Source: an uncultured Actinomycetota bacterium
Lineage (GTDB): Bacteria > Actinomycetota > Thermoleophilia > Solirubrobacterales > Solirubrobacteraceae
Direction of reading: 5' to 3'
Assembly (NCBI GenBank): GCA_963830395.1
Contig: CAWHMI010000004.1
Location: 264,980-328,979 of the forward strand
Length of the DNA: 64,000 nucleotides
Part shown: piece after piece, positions 59,226 through 64,000 of the stretch
Numbering within the stretch: the stretch's first letter is position 1
Layout of the letters: each line of letters starts with the position of its first letter
The notes under the pieces: generated by a model
What the model was told of the DNA's origin: nothing
Databases searched by the model: none
Seen by the model: the letters and a program-made list of their open reading frames with translations, nothing else
Position numbers and translations under genes: made by a program

Positions 59226-59439
59226 GTCGCGCACGTCCACTGCTTCCCGCCGCTGCCAGGACCATCACGCTCGCACAGAGCGTGTGCTGGTCACCTCCCC
59301 ACGTATGGGGGTTCTAAACGCCAGGCGCCAGAACGGGCCGTGGCTACAGGGTGTGCTTGCGCTTGCGCGGGCGGCGGCCAATCGGCGCCGGGGAACGCGG
59401 ACCGTGACCTCGTGGGCGAAACCTCGGTACAGTCGGGCT

Positions 59440-59859
59440 ATGTCCCCTCGGTATTGGAGGGTGTCGCTGGCTCTGTCACTAGCAGCGGCGCTGGTCATGA
59501 TCGCGACCGCACAGGCGTCGTCCCAGGGAGGCCGCCTGACCGGGAGCTGGACCGGCTCGATCGAGCGAATAGTCGGCGGCACGGGTCAGCGCCGACATCT
59601 GATGATCGTCGTGGACGCTAGCGAGCGCGGCGGGAGTTGGAGGGTCGACGCCACCTGTCGCGGGCAGCTGAGGCTCAAAAACATCTCCAACGGCTATCAC
59701 CACTACATCGAGGTGCGTTCGCGCGGTGCGACCTGTCGCGGCGGCGGGATTGACTGCCTCAAGCGGGTCGGGGCCGGCGTGTACGACGAGTTTCAGCCTC
59801 AACCCGCCACCAGTGGCTACTTCAGCTCGGCGACGCTGCATCGCGTCGCTCGCTCCTAG
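59440..59859 (+). CDS. Small secreted hypothetical protein (four Cys)
   Basis: Signal peptide [26 protein letters not shown]. Confidence 0.6.
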   Translation: MSPRYWRVSLALSLAAALVMIATAQASSQGGRLTGSWTGSIERIVGGTGQRRHLMIVVDASERGGSWRVDATCRGQLRLKNISNGYHHYIEVRSRGATCRGGGIDCLKRVGAGVYDEFQPQPATSGYFSSATLHRVARS

Positions 59860-59974
59860 CCGCCGGGACTCATCTGGCAGCGGAAGCCTCGGCCTGCCGA
59901 TGGCCGGCACCGGCCGGACGACACAGATCGGCTGGCTCTCGGACGTGCCTCGCTCCCCCTCGAAGCGACCCGCA

Positions 59975-60089
59975 CCCCGACGCCGAACTGCACCTGCTCG
60001 ACACCGGCCACTTCGCCACCGCGACTCACAGCGACCAGATCGCGCAGCTCATCGCCGACTTCCTCGGCCGCCTCGACTCGCGCGCATGA
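59975..60089 (+). pseudogene. C-terminal remnant of an alpha/beta hydrolase
   Basis: [29 protein letters not shown]-stop. Confidence 0.7.
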
Positions 60090-60218
60090 CGCGCAGCGGC
60101 AACACGACACCGAATGCTGGCCATCGCCGAAGCCCGCCTGATCACCGGTGACCAAGCGTTCCCGAACCGGGCGTCGGTCTGACCACGTGACTTCCTCCGT
60201 CACAACCAAAGACGCCTG

Positions 60219-60857
60219 ATGGCACGGGTCCTCATCACCGGATCAAGCGACGGGCTCGGCTGATGGCCGCCCAGATGCTCGTCGAGGGCGGCCAACACGT
60301 AACGCTGCACGCTCGCAACCCGCAGCGGGCCCGCGACGCGCAACGCGCCCTGCCCCAGGCGGACGCGGTGATCATCGGCGACCTGGCCAGCATCGACCAG
60401 ATGCGACAGGTCGCCGAGCAGGCCAACGCTCTCGGACGCTACGACGCGATCATCCACAACGCCGGCATCGGTTACCGCGAGCCGCGCCGTGTCGAGACTG
60501 TCACGGGCTCGCTCACCTGTTCGCCATCAACGTGCTCGCCCCCTACCTGCTGACCGCTCTGATCACCCCGCCAGACCGGCTGGTTACCTCAGCTCGGGCA
60601 TGCACCGCAGCGGCGACGCCGACCTCGCTGACCTGCAATGGAGCAGTCGAAGGTGGAACGGCACCCAGGCCTACTCCGACAGCAAGCTCTGCGACGTGAT
60701 GCTCGCCTTCGCCGTCGCCCGCCGCTGGCCCGCGGTCCGATCCAACGCACTCGAGCCCGGCTGGGTGCCGACCAAGATGGGCGGGGCCGGGGCACCCGAT
60801 GATCTCTCGCTGGCCGCCGTGACACAAGCCTGGCTGGCCGTGAGTGACGACCCGGCT
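60219..60857 (+). pseudogene. SDR oxidoreductase, frameshifted and truncated
   Basis: RVLITGSSDGLG, IHNAGIG, YSDSKL, PGWVPTKMGG. Confidence 0.85.
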
Positions 60858-60953
60858 AAGAGCGGCGCGACCTGGCGCGAGGTCGCCGCCGCGGTCGGGA
60901 TGAGCCCCCAGGCCGCGCACGAGCGCTACCGCCACCAGCTGCCAGCCGACTGA
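60858..60953 (+). pseudogene. HTH remnant fused to the SDR fragment
   Basis: GATWREVAAAVGMSPQAAHERY. Confidence 0.6.
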
Positions 60954-61250
60954 CGGAGCGTGGGCAGTCAAATCGACGCGACCGGCGAGATGCGACGCGT
61001 CATCAGCCCGTCTGTGGCCCCCGGCGAGTTCGGCGACAGCTTCGGCGACCCCACCGCTGACGACATCTGGACGCTTGGAAAGACCGATCCGCGGGCGTCA
61101 GTCGCACCGAGGTTCGGGACCTGTTCACTGCAACAAGAAGTGCCCTCAGCGCGCTCGAGGACGCCGGCCGGCTGCGGCGCCGGGTACACCGACGGCCGCG
61201 GGCGGCCAGCCGAAGTCTGGATTTCGAAGGTCGCCTGGTCAGAACGCGCG

Positions 61251-61278
61251 TGTCACAAGCGCGGCCGACTGCGCTAAT
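61251..61278 (+). promoter_or_regulatory. Putative ECF autoregulatory promoter TGTCACA-N14-CGCTAAT
   Basis: Located directly upstream of the ECF sigma start; TGTCACA-type -35 elements are known for some ECF groups. Confidence 0.4.
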
Positions 61279-61289
61279 GGAAAGAAGAC

Positions 61290-61847
61290 ATGAGCAGATC
61301 GGAGCCACCGGATGAGGAGGAGCTCCTTGTGGCTGCGCGATCAAGTGCCGCGGCGTTCGCCGACTTCTATGAGCACTTCGAACGCACCATGCTGCGCTTC
61401 TTCTTGCACGCGACGAGCCGGCCTGAGCTCGCCGCCGACCTGACCGCGGAGACGTTCGCTCGTTCGCTGGAATCGGTGGCGAGCTACGACCCGAGCCGGG
61501 GGCGCGCCCATCAATGGCTGTTCGGAATTGCCCGCAACGTGCTGGCGGAGAGCTACCGGCGAGGCCGCGTTGATGACGCGGCACGCGTGCGCCTGGGATT
61601 GCCAGCGCTCGTGCTCGACGATCACTCCGCCGAGACGATCGCCCGACTGAGCGCCGGACGGGACAAGACCAGCCGCGCGCTGGCCGGGCTCCCCGTCGAG
61701 CAACGACAAGCGATCGAGGCCCGTGTGCTCGAGGAACGCGACTACGGGGAGATCGCGGGCGAGCTCGACTGCTCAGAGGCCCTGGTGCGCCAGCGGGTCA
61801 GCCGCGGACTCCGCGCCCTCAGAACACGACTGGCAGGTGAACGATGA
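61290..61847 (+). CDS. ECF RNA polymerase sigma factor
   Basis: AADLTAETF, WLFGIARNVL, LPVEQRQAI...DYGEIA...VRQRVSRGL. Confidence 0.92.
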   Translation: MSRSEPPDEEELLVAARSSAAAFADFYEHFERTMLRFFLHATSRPELAADLTAETFARSLESVASYDPSRGRAHQWLFGIARNVLAESYRRGRVDDAARVRLGLPALVLDDHSAETIARLSAGRDKTSRALAGLPVEQRQAIEARVLEERDYGEIAGELDCSEALVRQRVSRGLRALRTRLAGER

Positions 61848-62749
61848 CCGTTCTTCCTCAACTCAAGCAAGACCTCTTCAACGCCGCTCAGGCAACGCTG
61901 CCACAGGAGCTCGATTCAGCAGCGGGACAGGCCACCCGCTCGGGAATCGGCCGCTCCGCTCGCCGCCGGATCCCCCGACCGAGCTTCGGCGGTCTCGTCG
62001 CGATGCTGAGCGTGGCGGTCACGATCGCGGTCGCGGTGCTTGCCCTCGCGCTCCTGGGTCGCCACCACCCAACCACGACACCAGCAGCGCGGGGACCGTC
62101 GGGCCTGGCCCGGCTGGAACGCAACCCGGAGATCAAACAGCTCCTCGACCACTTCGCCATCCTCCGCAGACCGCAGACAGCGGCCGATCGATCATGGGCC
62201 GCCGGACAACGCAGCAATCCGAAGGCCGGCGGACAAGTGATCCCGAGCCTGACCCGGCTGGCGACGACGATCGATGGAAAGCGCATCTTCCTCACCGTCG
62301 ACCGGGACTCCCGCCCCGCGCGCCCAGGCAGCCGGTCGGCGCAATACGCATACGTCCTGACCGTCGCGCTGGTCGCAGGACGCAACAACGTTTCCGAAGC
62401 GCCCTACGACCCGAACGTCGGTGACTACACGATCATGCCGGTGCCGCTCGGGTTGCGCTTCGGCTCCCTGAGCGGCCCAAGCGTGGCGGTCAGCATCGTT
62501 CCCGACGGAATCACCAAAGTCCGCTGGGTCTTTCGCTGCTCGCCAGCCCGAGCTGCTCCGTGTGGTGGGCGCCGCACCGAGATCGTCAACCCGCCTCTCC
62601 ATGGGAACATCGCTGCAGCGGTTAGATCCGACGTGAGCGCGCCACCGACGGTGACTTGGTATGGGTCCAGCGGGAAGGCGGTGGTCGTCTACCGGCAACA
62701 CGAGCCGGGAACGCCGAACCCCAAGCCATTCCCGGGAGTTCGACCTTGA
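61844..62749 (+). CDS. Putative single-TM anti-sigma factor
   Basis: ATGA overlap with the sigma gene; central TM; extracytoplasmic C-terminus. Confidence 0.7.
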   Translation: MTVLPQLKQDLFNAAQATLPQELDSAAGQATRSGIGRSARRRIPRPSFGGLVAMLSVAVTIAVAVLALALLGRHHPTTTPAARGPSGLARLERNPEIKQLLDHFAILRRPQTAADRSWAAGQRSNPKAGGQVIPSLTRLATTIDGKRIFLTVDRDSRPARPGSRSAQYAYVLTVALVAGRNNVSEAPYDPNVGDYTIMPVPLGLRFGSLSGPSVAVSIVPDGITKVRWVFRCSPARAAPCGGRRTEIVNPPLHGNIAAAVRSDVSAPPTVTWYGSSGKAVVVYRQHEPGTPNPKPFPGVRP

Positions 62750-62874
62750 CCGCAGCGAAGCTGACCAGACCCCGTCGAAATCAGCGTCGCCTGAGACAAC
62801 TCTCTGACGGCAGACCCGCCCTCTCGCCCCGTCCAGTCACGTTTGCGCTTACGAGCCGCTCGGACCCGGTCATA

Positions 62875-62904
62875 GAGTCACGTTGATGACCGAAAACGTG
62901 ACTC
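62875..62904. promoter_or_regulatory. Perfect 10-bp inverted repeat (operator or hairpin)
   Basis: gagtcacgtt-N10-aacgtgactc. Confidence 0.55.
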
Positions 62905-63239
62905 AAGCTGCAGTGGGCGGTCTCTGAGACCGGACCGAGAGCGAAGGCCCTCGAGCGGGGCCGGTGGCGCCGCCGGGGTGTCGGCGCGACGCCCGACCGA
63001 CCTGGCGTGGGTCGCTCGGATGGCGCTATCTGGAGGGCCAACGATCCTTCATCTCTCACACAGCACCGCGTATGAACAATGTCTCCTACACGACACCTCC
63101 TTCAGCGGTCGTGACGCACCAAACGTGACCGGAGCCACAGATGGGTCGCTGAGGCCCCGCCGATGGGCAGCTCGTCGACGAGCTGCCCATCGGGAAGCGC
63201 TGCAGCCGAGTTCCCGTCAAGCCGGGTTCTTGATTTGGG

Positions 63240-63683
63240 CTACGTGACGGCCGGGGTGGTTTGGGCCTCGATAGTCCGCCCGTCGGCGCCTTCGCTGATC
63301 TGCACCTTGCGGGGCTTCGCTGACTCGGCGACTGGGATTCGCAGGATCAGCACGCCGGTCTCATAGCTGGCCACGAGGCGCTCCGCGTCGAGCGTGTCGC
63401 CCAGGAACAGCTGGCGGGTAAACGCGCCATGCGGGCGCTCGGCGGCGATCACCTCATCGCCCTCTTGGCCGTCAAATCTTCGCTCTGCCTTGATTGTCAG
63501 CACGTTCTGTTCGACGGTGAGGTCGATCGTGCCCGGGACCATGCCCGGCAAGTCAAACGAAACCACGAACTCATCGCCGCGCCGGTATGCGTCCATCGGG
63601 AACGGCCGCGGCTTTCGCGCTCCCGTCGCCAGCTGCTCGGCCAGTCGGTCAAACTCGCGGAACGGATCGAACTGCATCAGCAT
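63240..63683 (-). CDS. Hsp20/alpha-crystallin small heat-shock protein (Hsp18-like)
   Basis: MLMQFDPFREFDRL, PMDAYR, FDLPG, ERPHGAFTRQL, AKPRKV; RBS aggaggtg. Confidence 0.95.
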   Translation of the reverse strand: MLMQFDPFREFDRLAEQLATGARKPRPFPMDAYRRGDEFVVSFDLPGMVPGTIDLTVEQNVLTIKAERRFDGQEGDEVIAAERPHGAFTRQLFLGDTLDAERLVASYETGVLILRIPVAESAKPRKVQISEGADGRTIEAQTTPAVT

Positions 63684-64000
63684 CGCAATACACCTCCTGA
63701 GGGTTTGAATGCGGGTTGGTCTTGCGGCGGTGGACCGCAAACGTTCGCGGGGCGGTCGCCTCAGCGTTGAGGCTGCCGCCCTCGTCGACCCAGCGCTCAG
63801 CGTCCAGTTGCGCCTGGGTCGTGACCGGTGCGTTGCCAGCGACCGGTGTGGGAATTTGGGCCTGGCGCGCGTCCTGGCGGTGTGCGAGCGCACCCCGGGG
63901 ATCACCCTCAACGCGGTCCGCGGCCCGTCTCTGGATATCCAGTCGGGCTCGCAGCACCCGCACCCGTGAGGTCGCCGCTTGGCGTCTGGCCAGGTAATCG

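Noticed and set aside
62875-62907. HspR (HAIR) operator for Hsp20
   Set aside because: Only the ACTCAAG half matches with wrong spacing, and the site lies downstream of Hsp20, not upstream.
1-64000. tRNA, rRNA, transposase, integrase or prophage genes
   Set aside because: No T-loop/acceptor patterns, rRNA signatures, or DDE, tyrosine or serine recombinase motifs were recognised.

Overview
High-GC actinobacterial DNA. Gene content, TANNNT leaderless-type promoters and the ECF/anti-sigma pair fit Thermoleophilia/Solirubrobacterales, but the taxon is inferred. (1) 1-8.5 kb: envelope and storage genes (frameshifted GT39/ArnT-like transferase, G1 glutamic peptidase, LPYTG-anchored protein, DUF892 protein, XRE regulator, PHB depolymerase, lipoprotein), plus an ~800-bp motif-rich, hairpin-rich gap between convergent genes that is a candidate ncRNA. 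(2) 8.6-36.1 kb: an ABC-transporter-dependent surface-glycan cluster with many GT2/GT4 enzymes, a WsaF-like fusion, an O-antigen-ligase-like protein, two clan GH-A hydrolases, six methyltransferases (two TylF-type), one wzm and two wzt genes that share an apparently identical 759-bp ATPase core but have different C-terminal domains. (3) 36.1-43.6 kb: typA, slipin/NfeD, transketolase and a MocR regulator. (4) 43.6-64 kb: a mosaic of about a dozen truncated or frameshifted gene remnants interleaved with intact genes (amidohydrolase, a toxin-like secreted protein, a beta-propeller-like secreted protein, ECF sigma/anti-sigma, Hsp20). I found no tRNA, rRNA, CRISPR array or transposase. All family calls come from recognising motifs by eye, not from database searches.
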